DNA of 32,000 bases from Pseudodesulfovibrio mercurii (GCF_000189295.2 NC_016803.1:390001-422000), one strand, 5' to 3'. Numbered from the stretch's first letter, positions 7,073-17,629 are shown. The notes: generated by a model not told the origin, from the letters alone. A program made the numbers and translations.

Positions 7073-10000
7073 ATGCCAGCCAGCCATCCCAAGGACATAG
7101 CCGATTTCATGAAGGGGACCGTGGATTCGGTCCGCATCTTCAAGAGCGGGCCGGGCTCCCAGGCCCTGCTGGCGGGGTCCCTGCTGGCGGGCGGCTCGGA
7201 CGTGGTCCTGGTGGTCCCCGGGGCCACAGAGTTCAAGGAGATGCAGGCCCTGCTGACCCTGCTGTCGCGCGGCGCGCCCGGCGGGATCGAGCGGCCCGCC
7301 TGGGAGCGGGAGTGGGTCTTCCTGCCGCCGTACCTCCCGCGCAACCCGGAATCCTCGGGCTGGAGCGAGCGGTGGGCCGCCCTGTACGGGCTGGTCTACC
7401 GGGACGGCCCGCGCGGCGTGCTTATGACCGCCGACAACCTCCTGCCGCACTGGCCCGACGAGAAGGTCCTGCGCGAGAACTGGGTCGCCCTGACCAGGGG
7501 CGAGGAGATGTCCCCGGACATCCTCCTGGAACAGCTGGTCTCCTGGGGGTACGTGCGCCGCAAACTCGTGGCCGAGCCCGGCGACATGGCCATGCGCGGC
7601 GACATCCTGGACATCCACGCGCCGGGTTACGAACTGCCCCTGCGGCTGGAGTTCTTCGGCGACGTGCTCGAGGAAATCCGTCTGTTCGATCCGGCCTCCC
7701 AGCGCTCCAAGGCGGACCTGACCGAGGCCGTGCTTCTGCCCGTGGCCCCGTGCATCACCTCCGGCGACCGGGGGTTCCGCGCCAGGGACCAGTGGGAGAA
7801 GCTGCGTCGGACCGGCGAGATATCCGCCGTCCAGGAGCAGGCCCTGTCCGAGCGGCTGGACGTGAACGACGGGTTCATCTGGCCCGGCCTGTACTACGAC
7901 GCGCCCGTGGGCCTCGAGACCTTTCTGCCGGGCGAAGCGGCCTGGCTGCTCTCCTCGGGCGGGTCCCTTCGGGCTCGGCTTGAGGATCGCGAGCAGGCGT
8001 GGCGCGATTTTCTGAAGGACGAGGAGCGCGACAAGGGCGTCAGCCTGCCCCGTCGCTTCGTCATCCGCTCCCACGACGTGGCCCGCAAGGCGTGGAGTTC
8101 CGCCCGCCAGCTGGTCTTCGAGGAGCTGACCATCGGCCGGGAGAAGAGCGGCATCGACCTGCCCGAGACCCCGTACAGCGACTTCACGGACATCTTCTGG
8201 CGGCCCGAGGCCTCGCGGCGGCCGTGGGCGGCCCTCATGGCCGGGCTCAAGGAGTGGCAGAGCGCGGGCGAGACCACCATCCTGAGTTTCCGCACCCAGC
8301 GCTCAAGGACCAAGTTCCTGAACCTGGCCGAGCAGGAGAGCCTGCCCATCACCATGGAGTACGTGCCGGACCGGACCGGCCTGTTCGCCCTGGTCTCGCC
8401 CCTGCGCAAGGGCATGGACATCGGCTGGAGCCGCACGCGCATCCTGGGCGAGGAGGTCCTCCAGCCCCAGGCGGCACGGGCGCACGAGCGGCGCGACAAG
8501 GCCTTCAAGGGGCTGGAGCGCTACGACGACCTGACCGAGGGCGACCTGCTGGTCCACCGGGACTACGGGTTGTCCCAGTTCGGCGGCCTGCACCACATGT
8601 CCATCGGCGAGGGGGCCAACGATTACCTGCTCCTGTATTTTTCGGGCGAGGACAAGCTCTACCTGCCCGTGGACCGGCTCAACCTGGTGGAGCGGTTCAA
8701 GGGCCCCGAGGGGGCCAAGGCGCCGTCCCTGGACAAGCTCGGCGGGTCGCGCTGGGCCAAGACCACGGCCAAGGTCCGCAAGGCCATCGAGAAGATTGCC
8801 CTGGAGCTGGTCGAGATGTACGCCTTCCGCCGGGTGGCCAAGGGGTACGGCTACGGCCCGCTGGACGAGATGTACGCCGAGTTCGAGGCCACCTTCGGCT
8901 TCGAGGAGACCCCGGACCAGGAAAAGGCCGTGAACGACGTGTTCCGCGACATGGAGAAGGCCGAGCCCATGGACCGGCTGGTCTGCGGCGACGTGGGCTT
9001 CGGCAAGACCGAGGTGGCCCTGCGCGCCGCCTTCCGCGCGGCCCTGGAAGGCCGCCAGACCGCGCTCCTGTGCCCGACCACGGTCCTGGCCGAGCAGCAT
9101 TACCAGACCTTTCTCAAGCGCATGGAGGGGTTCCCGGTGCGCGTGGGGCTGCTCAGCCGATTCGTCTCGGCCAAGCGGCAGAAGACCGTGCTCGAGGCCG
9201 CCAGCCGGGGCGAGATCGACATCCTCATCGGCACGCACCGCATCCTGTCCAAGGACGTGGAGCTGCCCAATCTCGGCCTGCTCATCCTCGACGAGGAGCA
9301 GCGCTTCGGGGTCAAGCACAAGGAAAAGCTCAAGCATTTCCGGCAGAACATCGACGTCCTGACCCTGACAGCCACGCCCATCCCCCGGACCCTGCAACTG
9401 TCCCTGTCCGGCATCCGGGGGCTGTCCGTCATCGAGACCCCGCCCGTGGACCGCAAGCCCGTGGAGACGGGCATCATGGAGCGCGAGGAGCTGGAGCTCA
9501 AGGCGGTCCTGCGCCGGGAGCTGGACCGGGGCGGCCAGGTCTACTGGGTCTACAACCGGGTCAACGGGTTGGAGCGGGTGGCCGAGTTCGTGCGCGGCCT
9601 GGTCCCGGACGCCAGGGTGGGCATGGCCCACGGCCGCATGAGCGAGAAGGGGCTGGAGGAGGCCATGCGCGACTTCTGGCATGGGGAGCTGGACGTGCTC
9701 GTGTGCACCTCCATCGTGGAGTCCGGCCTGGACTTCCCCAACGCCAACACGCTCATCGTGGACCAGGCCCAGCTCTTCGGCCTGGGCCAGCTCTACCAAC
9801 TGCGCGGCAGGGTGGGGCGGAGCGAGCGCCAGGCCTATGCGTATTTCGTGGTCCCGTCCATCAAGGATATTTCCGAAATCGTGCGCAAACGCTTGCGCAT
9901 CATTCTGGACATGGATTATCTGGGGGCAGGATTCAAGGTGGCCATGGAGGACTTGCGCCTTCGCGGCGCAGGCAATATCCTGGGCGAGGCCCAGTCCGGG

Positions 10001-10558
10001 CAGATCGCCAAGGTCGGCCTCGAACTCTTCCTCGAGATGCTCGAGGAGGAGGTCGCCCGCTTGCGCGGCGAGGAGTACGCCCGGGCGTCGGACACGGAGC
10101 TCAACTTTGTGTTCGAGGCGCATATTCCCGGCGGGTACATCCCGGATTCACGGGAGCGGCTGCGCTACTACCGGGGTCTGTCCTCGGCCGCCACGGACAT
10201 GGAACTGCGCGAATTCGAGGCGGAGATTCGCGACCGGTTCGGCCCGCTGCCCGAGGCGCTGGACGCCTTCTTCGGGGTGCTGCGCATCAAGCGGACCCTG
10301 TCGCGGATGCAGGCGGCCAGGGCGGAACTCTATCCCGGCCGGATGGTCATCACCTGGAAGGACAACGCCATGGCGGTCAATCCCGAACGGCTCATCCGCT
10401 GGGTCGGCGAGCGGGGGGAGACCGCCCGGCTCATTCCCCCGGCCAAGCTGGAAATCCGATACGACGACGCGCACTCCATGCGGGAGGCGCTGGAATCCAC
10501 CGCCGCGGACCTGGAAGGCATGCTCGATGCCGAAACCGCGCCGCGGGACGGACGATAA
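7073..10558 (+). CDS. mfd: Transcription-repair coupling factor
   Basis: 1161 aa from the ATG at 7073. The ORF-track start at 6791 overlaps cheW. Walker A GDVGFGKTEVA, DEEQRFG box, and superfamily-2 helicase motifs (TATPIPRT, QLRGRVGRS). Confidence 0.93.
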   Translation: MPASHPKDIADFMKGTVDSVRIFKSGPGSQALLAGSLLAGGSDVVLVVPGATEFKEMQALLTLLSRGAPGGIERPAWEREWVFLPPYLPRNPESSGWSERWAALYGLVYRDGPRGVLMTADNLLPHWPDEKVLRENWVALTRGEEMSPDILLEQLVSWGYVRRKLVAEPGDMAMRGDILDIHAPGYELPLRLEFFGDVLEEIRLFDPASQRSKADLTEAVLLPVAPCITSGDRGFRARDQWEKLRRTGEISAVQEQALSERLDVNDGFIWPGLYYDAPVGLETFLPGEAAWLLSSGGSLRARLEDREQAWRDFLKDEERDKGVSLPRRFVIRSHDVARKAWSSARQLVFEELTIGREKSGIDLPETPYSDFTDIFWRPEASRRPWAALMAGLKEWQSAGETTILSFRTQRSRTKFLNLAEQESLPITMEYVPDRTGLFALVSPLRKGMDIGWSRTRILGEEVLQPQAARAHERRDKAFKGLERYDDLTEGDLLVHRDYGLSQFGGLHHMSIGEGANDYLLLYFSGEDKLYLPVDRLNLVERFKGPEGAKAPSLDKLGGSRWAKTTAKVRKAIEKIALELVEMYAFRRVAKGYGYGPLDEMYAEFEATFGFEETPDQEKAVNDVFRDMEKAEPMDRLVCGDVGFGKTEVALRAAFRAALEGRQTALLCPTTVLAEQHYQTFLKRMEGFPVRVGLLSRFVSAKRQKTVLEAASRGEIDILIGTHRILSKDVELPNLGLLILDEEQRFGVKHKEKLKHFRQNIDVLTLTATPIPRTLQLSLSGIRGLSVIETPPVDRKPVETGIMEREELELKAVLRRELDRGGQVYWVYNRVNGLERVAEFVRGLVPDARVGMAHGRMSEKGLEEAMRDFWHGELDVLVCTSIVESGLDFPNANTLIVDQAQLFGLGQLYQLRGRVGRSERQAYAYFVVPSIKDISEIVRKRLRIILDMDYLGAGFKVAMEDLRLRGAGNILGEAQSGQIAKVGLELFLEMLEEEVARLRGEEYARASDTELNFVFEAHIPGGYIPDSRERLRYYRGLSSAATDMELREFEAEIRDRFGPLPEALDAFFGVLRIKRTLSRMQAARAELYPGRMVITWKDNAMAVNPERLIRWVGERGETARLIPPAKLEIRYDDAHSMREALESTAADLEGMLDAETAPRDGR

Positions 10559-10567
10559 CGAGTGCAT

Positions 10568-11680
10568 ATGAAACGTCACACAGCCATATTGTTATTGTTG
10601 GCGGCCCTGCTGGTCGGCTGCACCGGGGACACGGACGACATCGGCATCGTGGCCCGGGTCAACGGCGCGCCCATCCACCTCAGCCAGCTGGAGTTCCAGC
10701 ACGACCAGTTCCAGGAGGACAGCGTCGGGGCCTACGTGCCGAGCGTGGAGAAGCTGCGCCGGGAGTACGGCGAGATCCTGTCCGACCTCATCGTCCAGGA
10801 GCTGGTGGTCCAGGAGCTGGCCCGCCGCGACCTGTCCGTGACCGACGAGGAGCTGCGCAAGGCCGAGGACGCGGTGCGCGCCGATTACCCCGAGGGGGCC
10901 TTCGACCAGGTCCTGGTGGAGGAATACATCGACCTCAAGTCCTGGCGGACGCAGCTGCGCTACTACCTGGCCCAGAAGAAGTTCTTCCAGCAGGTCCTCA
11001 GGCCGCAGATCAAGATCGACTACAAGGAAGCGGAGAAGTACTACCGCGACCACATCTCCGACTTCTACCTGCCCGAGAGCATGCGCATCCTGGTGGTGCG
11101 CGGCCCGAGTCGCGAGCTGGTGGTCAAGGCGGTGGACAAATATCTCAAGGACCACGACCAGATGAGCCTGGCCACCGCCTTCGGCGAGGTCGAGACCCGC
11201 GAGGTGGTGGTCCGCGAAGGGCGGCTGTCCGCCCCCTGGCGCACCGCCCTGACCGGGCTCAAGCCGGGCCAGGCCAGCGATGTGCTGACCGACCGCTTCG
11301 GCTTCGAGGCCCTGGTCCTGCTCGAACGCAGCGAGGCCAAGGTCCTGCCTCCGGCCCAGGCCTACCCCCTGGTGGAGGAGGCCCTGCTCGAGAAGAAGAT
11401 GGAGAGCGCCTTCGAGGAATGGCTCTCCGCCACCCTGGCCAAGGCGGACATCCAGGTCAGCGAGCATCTCCTGGAATCCGCGTCCAAGCCGGGAGAGGGC
11501 GACTCGGGTGGTTCGGACGCCGTGACCGAGGAACCGGAGGAACCGGCGGACCAGACCATGGACCAGGTCCCGCCGCCGGACGTGAGCCGGGACGACATGC
11601 GTCAGGACGACGGAGAAGGCCAGGACCCGGCCGACGAGGCCATCCCCATGGACCAGGTCGGCACGGATTCGGGGATCTGA
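10568..11680 (+). CDS. Lipoprotein with SurA-N-like and degenerate parvulin-like region and an acidic C-terminal tail
   Basis: Signal peptide plus lipobox LLVGC. Body resembles SurA/PpiD-type chaperones (IVARVNGAPIHLSQLE...). The last 70 aa or so are Asp/Glu/Pro-rich low complexity. ATG at 10568; a GTG lies at 10562. Confidence 0.7.
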   Translation: MKRHTAILLLLAALLVGCTGDTDDIGIVARVNGAPIHLSQLEFQHDQFQEDSVGAYVPSVEKLRREYGEILSDLIVQELVVQELARRDLSVTDEELRKAEDAVRADYPEGAFDQVLVEEYIDLKSWRTQLRYYLAQKKFFQQVLRPQIKIDYKEAEKYYRDHISDFYLPESMRILVVRGPSRELVVKAVDKYLKDHDQMSLATAFGEVETREVVVREGRLSAPWRTALTGLKPGQASDVLTDRFGFEALVLLERSEAKVLPPAQAYPLVEEALLEKKMESAFEEWLSATLAKADIQVSEHLLESASKPGEGDSGGSDAVTEEPEEPADQTMDQVPPPDVSRDDMRQDDGEGQDPADEAIPMDQVGTDSGI

Positions 11681-11777
11681 TCGGTCCGTTCGTTGCATAG
11701 TCCGCACAAACCGACTAGAATCCGACAACAATTCGGGGAAAGCAGGGTGCTTCCTCCCCGGTTCAAGGAGTGAATGC

Positions 11778-12749
11778 GTGGTAAAAGTTGTTTCCTTGCT
11801 CTTGGGAGCCATGCTCCTGATATGTCCGCTGACGGCGCAGGCCGAGGATGTGGTCGTGGACCGCATCCTGGTGAAGATCAACGACTCCATCGTCACCCAG
11901 TACGACCTGGACCAGGAGATGAAGCCCGTCTACGACCAGATCAAGGACCGCAAGCTGACCGCCCGTGAACAGACGCAATTGGAGGGACTGCGCAGGCAGG
12001 CCCTGGACAAGCTCGTCAACGACGTGCTCATCCAGCAGGAAATCAAGCGGTTTTCCGTCGAGGTCTCGGACGAGAACATCGACAAGGAGATCGAGCGGGT
12101 CCGCACCGAGCGCAAGCTGACCCTGGAGGAGTTCCAGCAGATGGTCGCCCAGGACGGCCTGTCCATGGAGGAGTTCCGGTCGCGGCTCAAGAAACTGCTC
12201 GAGAAGCAGGAGCTCATCGGCCACATGGTCAACAGCAAGGTCGTGGTCACGGACTCGGAGATCCAGCAGGAGTACGAGGCGCGCAAGGACGACTACTCCA
12301 TGGGCAAGATGGTCGAGCTGGCCATCATCCTCCTGCCGTCCGAGGTCTCTCCCGTGGAGGTGCGCGAACGCATCACCAGCGGCGAGATGACTTTTGCCGA
12401 GGCCGTGGCCAAGTACAGCGTCGGTCCGGGCAAGGAGAGCGGCGGGTCCATCGGCGAACTGAGCTGGGAGGACCTGGCCGACGACTGGCAGAACGCCCTC
12501 AAGGGCGTGTCCGTGGGCGGCGTGAGCACGCCGCTGACCATCCAGAACCATCAGGCCCTGCTGTCGCCCGTCAAGATCAACGAGGACCGCATCGTTCCGC
12601 TTGAGGACGTGCGCGACGACATCTACAAGGATTTGATGCAGAAGAAGCGGGAGACGGTCTTCACGGACTATTTCAACAAACTGAAGCAGAGCGCGGTGAT
12701 CATCTACATGGACGACGCGCCCAAGACCGATAATGGAGTAACCCAATGA
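11778..12749 (+). CDS. Periplasmic SurA-like chaperone / parvulin-type peptidyl-prolyl isomerase
   Basis: Cleavable signal peptide (LLICPLTAQA), SurA_N-like start (DRILVKINDSIVTQYDL), and one parvulin domain (GGSIGELSWEDL...GVSTPLTIQNHQALL). GTG start lies 7 nt after AAGGAG. Confidence 0.8.
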   Translation: MVKVVSLLLGAMLLICPLTAQAEDVVVDRILVKINDSIVTQYDLDQEMKPVYDQIKDRKLTAREQTQLEGLRRQALDKLVNDVLIQQEIKRFSVEVSDENIDKEIERVRTERKLTLEEFQQMVAQDGLSMEEFRSRLKKLLEKQELIGHMVNSKVVVTDSEIQQEYEARKDDYSMGKMVELAIILLPSEVSPVEVRERITSGEMTFAEAVAKYSVGPGKESGGSIGELSWEDLADDWQNALKGVSVGGVSTPLTIQNHQALLSPVKINEDRIVPLEDVRDDIYKDLMQKKRETVFTDYFNKLKQSAVIIYMDDAPKTDNGVTQ

Positions 12750-13786
12750 CATTTCAGGAACTCGGCGAAACGCTGCAGCGTGAACGCGAGGCCCAGGGCC
12801 TGACCGTCAAGGCGGTCATGGACGCCACCAAGATCAGCCGCGTCGTCATCCTCGCCCTGGAGAACGGTGACCGCTCGGCCCTGCCGCATCCCGTGTATAC
12901 CAAGGGGTTCGTCAAGAGCTACGCCCGGCTGCTCGGGCTCGACCCGGACGAATTGTCCATGGTCGTGGACCGCGAGTACCAGATGGAGCCTCCCCAGGCC
13001 GGGGATCTTTCCTACGACGTGGCCCCCAACGCCGAAAAGGCCTTTCAGGACAACGATCCGGCGGCGGGACGGCGCGGACGGTCCGTGTGGCCCACCCTGC
13101 TCATCGTCCTGGCCCTGGCCGGTGCGGCGATCATCCTGGCCCTGAATCTGAACAAGGGCAAGATCACGGGCACCCAGGCCCCGGCCCCGGTTCCGGCCGA
13201 GGAGTCGGTCCAGCCCGCCGCGCCCGAGGGCGTGGCCCCGGAGGCGGCGCCCGCCGACGGCCGGACCGCCCCCGAAAACGTGCCCGGCATCGCTCCCGAG
13301 CCGACTCCGGCAGAGGAGCAGGGCGGGGCGGCGCAGACCGGCCAGGCTCCGACCGTGGCCCCGGAATCCGCTCCGGCGGCGACCGAATCCGCTCCGGCGC
13401 AACCCGCGGAACAGGCCGCCACGGCCCAGGCCCCCGCCCAGGTCCCGGCGGCGCCCCCGGCCAGGGCTCCTGCCCGGACCGACGCGGCCGACGAGGAGGC
13501 CGCCATCACCCAGGAGGGCACGCCCGCCGAGCCCAACTACGACCACGTGGTGATTATCCGCGCCACTTCGGACAAGGGGTGCTGGATCGGCGTCTGGCGC
13601 GGGGACGAGACCAAGATGGCCCGCGACTTCGTGCTGCGCAAGGGCGAGCCCCTGCGGCTCATGTTCAACAGCCCGCGCCGCATCCGCATCGGCAACGTGT
13701 CCGGCGTGACCGTGACCTACAACGGCAATCCCTACGACCTGGACCTGGCCAAGGGCAACATCCAGACGCTTCTCTTCGGCATGTAA
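12746..13786 (+). CDS. rodZ: Cytoskeleton/morphogenesis protein RodZ
   Basis: N-terminal XRE-type HTH, one TM helix (WPTLLIVLALAGAAIILAL), a long Pro/Ala-rich linker, and a C-terminal DUF4115-like beta domain (VIIRATSDKGCWIGVW...VTVTYNG). ATGA overlap with the upstream stop. Confidence 0.85.
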   Translation: MTFQELGETLQREREAQGLTVKAVMDATKISRVVILALENGDRSALPHPVYTKGFVKSYARLLGLDPDELSMVVDREYQMEPPQAGDLSYDVAPNAEKAFQDNDPAAGRRGRSVWPTLLIVLALAGAAIILALNLNKGKITGTQAPAPVPAEESVQPAAPEGVAPEAAPADGRTAPENVPGIAPEPTPAEEQGGAAQTGQAPTVAPESAPAATESAPAQPAEQAATAQAPAQVPAAPPARAPARTDAADEEAAITQEGTPAEPNYDHVVIIRATSDKGCWIGVWRGDETKMARDFVLRKGEPLRLMFNSPRRIRIGNVSGVTVTYNGNPYDLDLAKGNIQTLLFGM

Positions 13787-13819
13787 CCGGGGTCTCGGCC
13801 TCCGCGCGGACATAACGAC

Positions 13820-14578
13820 ATGAGCGCCACCGAGAAAGCCCTCGTACTCAAGACCGGGCGTTTTCGGGAGGCCGACGTATGGGTCCGTCTGCTGACCCCG
13901 TCGCGCGGCATCTTCAACGGGTTCGCCTTCGGCGGCAGCCGTTCGCGACGCCGCTTCGTGGGCTGTCTCGACCCCCTGAGCCACGTCCTCTTCACCATCG
14001 GAACCAACAAGACCGGCGCGTACACGGTCCTCGAAGAGGGGACCCTGCTGCACAATTTTCCCGAGGTCCGCAAGGACCCGGCGCGCACCGGCCTGGCCGT
14101 CAACTGCGTCAAGTTCGTGGAGGCGGTGGAGATCGATCCGTCCGACGCCAAACCGGCCTACGACCTGCTTCTGGAGACCCTGCACATGCTCGAGGCGGGC
14201 GGCGGGAGCAGCGACTTCACGCCCTGGCTCTTCCGGGCCAGGCTGGCCTTCGACCTGGGCTTCACGCCCGACTTCCTGCGCTGCGGGGTGTGCGGCCGCC
14301 CCCTGTCCTGTGAATGCGGCCACCGCTTCGGCGTGGAGCGCGGCCAAGTGGCCTGTCGCACTTGTCTTTCGGACGGGAAACCGTTAGAGGGACTTGCTCG
14401 GCCGATTTCCGCCGGGGTGCTGCGCGCCCTGGACTGGATTCAGCACAGCCGGCCGTCCGACTGGGCCTCGGTGTCCATGGACAATGAAGTCCGCCGCCAG
14501 GCCAGTCAGTTGATCGAACTATTCGTCGCCTACCACCTGGGCCTGTCCTGGGAGGGCGGCATGTATAAAAAGGTATGA
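13820..14578 (+). CDS. recO: DNA repair protein RecO
   Basis: 252 aa with an OB-fold N-terminus ([20 protein letters not shown]) and a C-terminal Cys-rich zinc motif (CGVCGRPL...CRTC). Confidence 0.85.
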   Translation: MSATEKALVLKTGRFREADVWVRLLTPSRGIFNGFAFGGSRSRRRFVGCLDPLSHVLFTIGTNKTGAYTVLEEGTLLHNFPEVRKDPARTGLAVNCVKFVEAVEIDPSDAKPAYDLLLETLHMLEAGGGSSDFTPWLFRARLAFDLGFTPDFLRCGVCGRPLSCECGHRFGVERGQVACRTCLSDGKPLEGLARPISAGVLRALDWIQHSRPSDWASVSMDNEVRRQASQLIELFVAYHLGLSWEGGMYKKV

Positions 14579-14591
14579 GTTGGAGCAAACC

Positions 14592-15461
14592 ATGAATTTT
14601 CAGGATGTCATACTGAAATTGCAGGCGTTCTGGGCGGATTACGGGTGTGCCGTGGTCCAGCCCATGGACATCGAGTGCGGGGCCGGGACGTTCAATCCCT
14701 CCACCTTTTTCCGGGTCATCGGCCCCGAGCCGTGGAAGACCGCTTACGTGGAGCCTTCCCGCCGCCCGACCGACGGCCGCTACGGCGAGAACCCCAACCG
14801 GTTGCAGCACTACTACCAGTTCCAGGTCATCCTGAAGCCGTCCCCGGACAACGTCCAGGAGCTGTACCTTCAGTCCCTGGCCGCGCTGGGCATCGACGCC
14901 GCGGCCCACGACATCCGCTTCGTGGAGGACGACTGGGAGTCGCCCACCCTGGGCGCCTGGGGGTTGGGCTGGGAGGTCTGGCTGAACGGCATGGAGGTCA
15001 CCCAGTTCACCTACTTCCAGCAGGTGGGCGGCATCGACCTCAAGCCCGTGAGCGTGGAGATCACCTACGGGCTGGAGCGCATCTCCATGTATCTGCAGGA
15101 GAAGGAGTCGGTCTACGACCTCAGGTGGAACGACACCATCACCTACGGCGACGTCTACCACCAGAACGAGGTGGAGATGTCCAAGTACAACTTCGAGCTG
15201 TCCGACGCGGACATGCTCTTCGACCTCTTCAACAAGTTCGAGGGCGAATGCCTGAAGCTGTGCGAGGCCGGTCTGCCCTGGCCCGCCTACGACTACTGCC
15301 TGAAGTGCTCCCACTCCTTCAACCTGCTGGACGCCCGAGGGGCCATCTCCATCACCGAGCGCGCCACCTACATCGGCCGCGTGCGCAACCTGGCCTCGAA
15401 GATCGCCAGGCTCTACGCCGACCAGCGGGAAGAGATGGGCTACCCCCTGCTCAGGAAATAA
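14592..15461 (+). CDS. glyQ: Glycine--tRNA ligase alpha subunit
   Basis: [36 protein letters not shown]... is a highly conserved GlyQ N-terminus. ATG at 14592 follows GGAG; the ORF-track TTG is at 14580. Confidence 0.95.
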   Translation: MNFQDVILKLQAFWADYGCAVVQPMDIECGAGTFNPSTFFRVIGPEPWKTAYVEPSRRPTDGRYGENPNRLQHYYQFQVILKPSPDNVQELYLQSLAALGIDAAAHDIRFVEDDWESPTLGAWGLGWEVWLNGMEVTQFTYFQQVGGIDLKPVSVEITYGLERISMYLQEKESVYDLRWNDTITYGDVYHQNEVEMSKYNFELSDADMLFDLFNKFEGECLKLCEAGLPWPAYDYCLKCSHSFNLLDARGAISITERATYIGRVRNLASKIARLYADQREEMGYPLLRK

Positions 15462-15502
15462 GCGACGCCTTCGTCACGCAATAGACTAAGAAGAGAAGAA
15501 CA

Positions 15503-17611
15503 ATGGCCGAATTCATTCTGGAAATCGGAACCGAGGAAATGCCCGCCCGCTTCGTTCCCAAGCTGGCGGCCGAGCTCGAGGAGGCCTTTGCCAAGGGCCT
15601 GACCGAGTCCATGGTCGAGAACGGGGGCGTCAAGTGCTACGCCACCCCGCGCCGCATCACCGCCCACGTGCCCTCCCTGGCCCTGGCCCAGCTCTCCCAG
15701 GAGGAGACCGTGACCGGGCCTCCGGTGCGCATCGCCTATGACGGCGACGGCAACCTGACCAAGGCGGGGCAGGGCTTCGCCAAGACCCAGGGCGTGGCCG
15801 AGGACGCGCTGTTCCGCATGGAGACCGACAAGGGCGAGTACCTGGCGGCCAAGAAGACCGTGGGCGGCGGCCGGACCATCGACATCCTGCCCGCCCTCTG
15901 CGTCAAGTGCATCGAGTCCCTGTCCTTCCCCAAGCGGATGCACTGGGGCGACTACGACTTCACCTTCGGCCGCCCGGTGCGCTGGCTCCTGGCCCTGCTC
16001 GACGCCGACGTGGTCGAGTTCACCCTGGAGAACCTGACCTCGGGCCGCGAGACGCGCGGGCACCGGGTCATGGGCCCCGGCCCGTTCTCCGTGGCCTCCT
16101 CCGCCGACTATTTTTCCGTTGTCCGCGACCAGTGCAAGGTGGTCATCGATCCCGTCGAGCGACGGGAGACCATCGTGGCCGAGGGCAACCGGCTGGCCCA
16201 GGCCCTGGGCGGCTCCATCGTCTGGAACGACGGGCTGCTGGACGAGGTGGCCAACCTGGTGGAATACCCCAAGCCGCTCATCGGCGACATCGATCCGCTG
16301 TACCTGGCCCTGCCGCGCGAGGTCCTGCTGACCTCCATGCAGTCCCACCAGAAGTCCTTCGGCCTGGAGGGCGCGGACGGCAGGCTGCTGCCGCACTTCC
16401 TGACCACCCTGAACCTGGAGCCGCTGGACGTGGCCCTGGTCAAGAAGGGGTGGGAGCGGGTCCTCAAGGCCCGCCTCGAGGACGCCCGCTTCTTCTGGGA
16501 GGCGGACTGCGAGGTGGAGTTCGACACCTGGCTCGAAAAGCTGGAGCACGTGGTCTTTCTCGGGCCGCTCGGCTCGGTGGGCGACAAGTCCCGGCGCATC
16601 GAGACCCTGTGCCGCAAGCTGGCCGAGACCCTGGACGCGTCCCAGTCCATCCTGCCCGGCGAGATCGAGCAGTACGCCAGGGCAGGGCGTCTGGCCAAGG
16701 CGGACCTGGTGTCCGAAATGGTCATCGAATTCGACTCCCTGCAGGGCAAGATGGGCGGCATCTACGCCGAACGCGCCGGGCTGGGCGAGATCGTGTCGAA
16801 GGGCATCTACGAGCAGTACCTGCCCGCCGGTCCGGACACCCCGGTGCCGTCCTCCCTGTCCGGGGCCCTGGTCTCCATGGCCGACAAGGCCGACACCATG
16901 GCCGGCTGCTTCGGTCTGGGCAAGGTGCCCACCGGGGCCAACGACCCGTATGCCCTGCGCCGCTGCGCCCTGGGCATCAGTCGGATCATCATGGAGCACG
17001 ACCTGGACCTGGACCTGGAAGCCTTCCTCAAGGCGGCCCAGAAGGCCTATTCCGGGGTCAAGTGGAAGGTGGAGCAGAATGAGGCCCTGGACAAGCTCCT
17101 GGACTTCTTTGCACAGCGGCTGCGCGCCCTGTTCACCGGCCAGGGGTTCGACACCCGCGTGGTGGACGCCGCCCTGGGCGCGGGCTTCAACGACATCCGC
17201 ACCCTCAAGGCGCGGCTCGACGCCTTGGCCGAGTTCAGCCGTGGGGCCGATTTCGAGCGCAGCGTGCTGACCTTCAAGCGGGCCGCCAACATCATCCGCA
17301 AGCAGGGTGACGAGGCGGGCGAGCCGCTGACCGGCAGCTATGACGCGGACCTGTTCGAGGACGAGCACGAGACCGCCTTCGGCGCCAAGCTCGACGAGCT
17401 GGCCCCGCGCTTCGACGACCTCTGGGAGAACCGCGACTTCGGCGGGCTGTTCGGCCTGCTCGGGGAGCTGCGTCCGGCCGTGGACGGTTTCTTCGACCAC
17501 GTCATGGTCATGTGCGATGCCCCGGACGTTCGGCTGAACCGGCTGAACCTGCTCAAGGGACTGGTGGATCGGCTGGGACGTCTGGCCGACTTCAACGCCC
17601 TGCAGGTCTAG
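15503..17611 (+). CDS. glyS: Glycine--tRNA ligase beta subunit
   Basis: 702 aa immediately after glyQ. N-terminus FILEIGTEEMPARF and later DPYALRR are typical GlyS motifs. Confidence 0.93.
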   Translation: MAEFILEIGTEEMPARFVPKLAAELEEAFAKGLTESMVENGGVKCYATPRRITAHVPSLALAQLSQEETVTGPPVRIAYDGDGNLTKAGQGFAKTQGVAEDALFRMETDKGEYLAAKKTVGGGRTIDILPALCVKCIESLSFPKRMHWGDYDFTFGRPVRWLLALLDADVVEFTLENLTSGRETRGHRVMGPGPFSVASSADYFSVVRDQCKVVIDPVERRETIVAEGNRLAQALGGSIVWNDGLLDEVANLVEYPKPLIGDIDPLYLALPREVLLTSMQSHQKSFGLEGADGRLLPHFLTTLNLEPLDVALVKKGWERVLKARLEDARFFWEADCEVEFDTWLEKLEHVVFLGPLGSVGDKSRRIETLCRKLAETLDASQSILPGEIEQYARAGRLAKADLVSEMVIEFDSLQGKMGGIYAERAGLGEIVSKGIYEQYLPAGPDTPVPSSLSGALVSMADKADTMAGCFGLGKVPTGANDPYALRRCALGISRIIMEHDLDLDLEAFLKAAQKAYSGVKWKVEQNEALDKLLDFFAQRLRALFTGQGFDTRVVDAALGAGFNDIRTLKARLDALAEFSRGADFERSVLTFKRAANIIRKQGDEAGEPLTGSYDADLFEDEHETAFGAKLDELAPRFDDLWENRDFGGLFGLLGELRPAVDGFFDHVMVMCDAPDVRLNRLNLLKGLVDRLGRLADFNALQV

Positions 17612-17629
17612 CCCTGGTTCAGAAAAGTC

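Noticed and set aside
7999-11700. 1233-aa + strand ORF, plus the 606-aa (8303..10123), 388-aa (6908..8074) and 434-aa (10592..11896) minus-strand ORFs
   Set aside because: They are out of frame or antisense to mfd and the SurA-like genes. Their translations are extreme Arg/Gly/Pro/Ala content with no motifs. These are classic high-GC shadow ORFs.
11774-11968. 64-aa ORF from the ATG at 11774
   Set aside because: It is out of frame with the SurA-like gene, which starts at the GTG at 11778 with correct SD spacing and a signal peptide. This ORF has shadow composition.
12704-14347. 547-aa minus-strand ORF
   Set aside because: It is antisense to rodZ and recO, and its sequence is low-complexity Gly/Arg/Ala.
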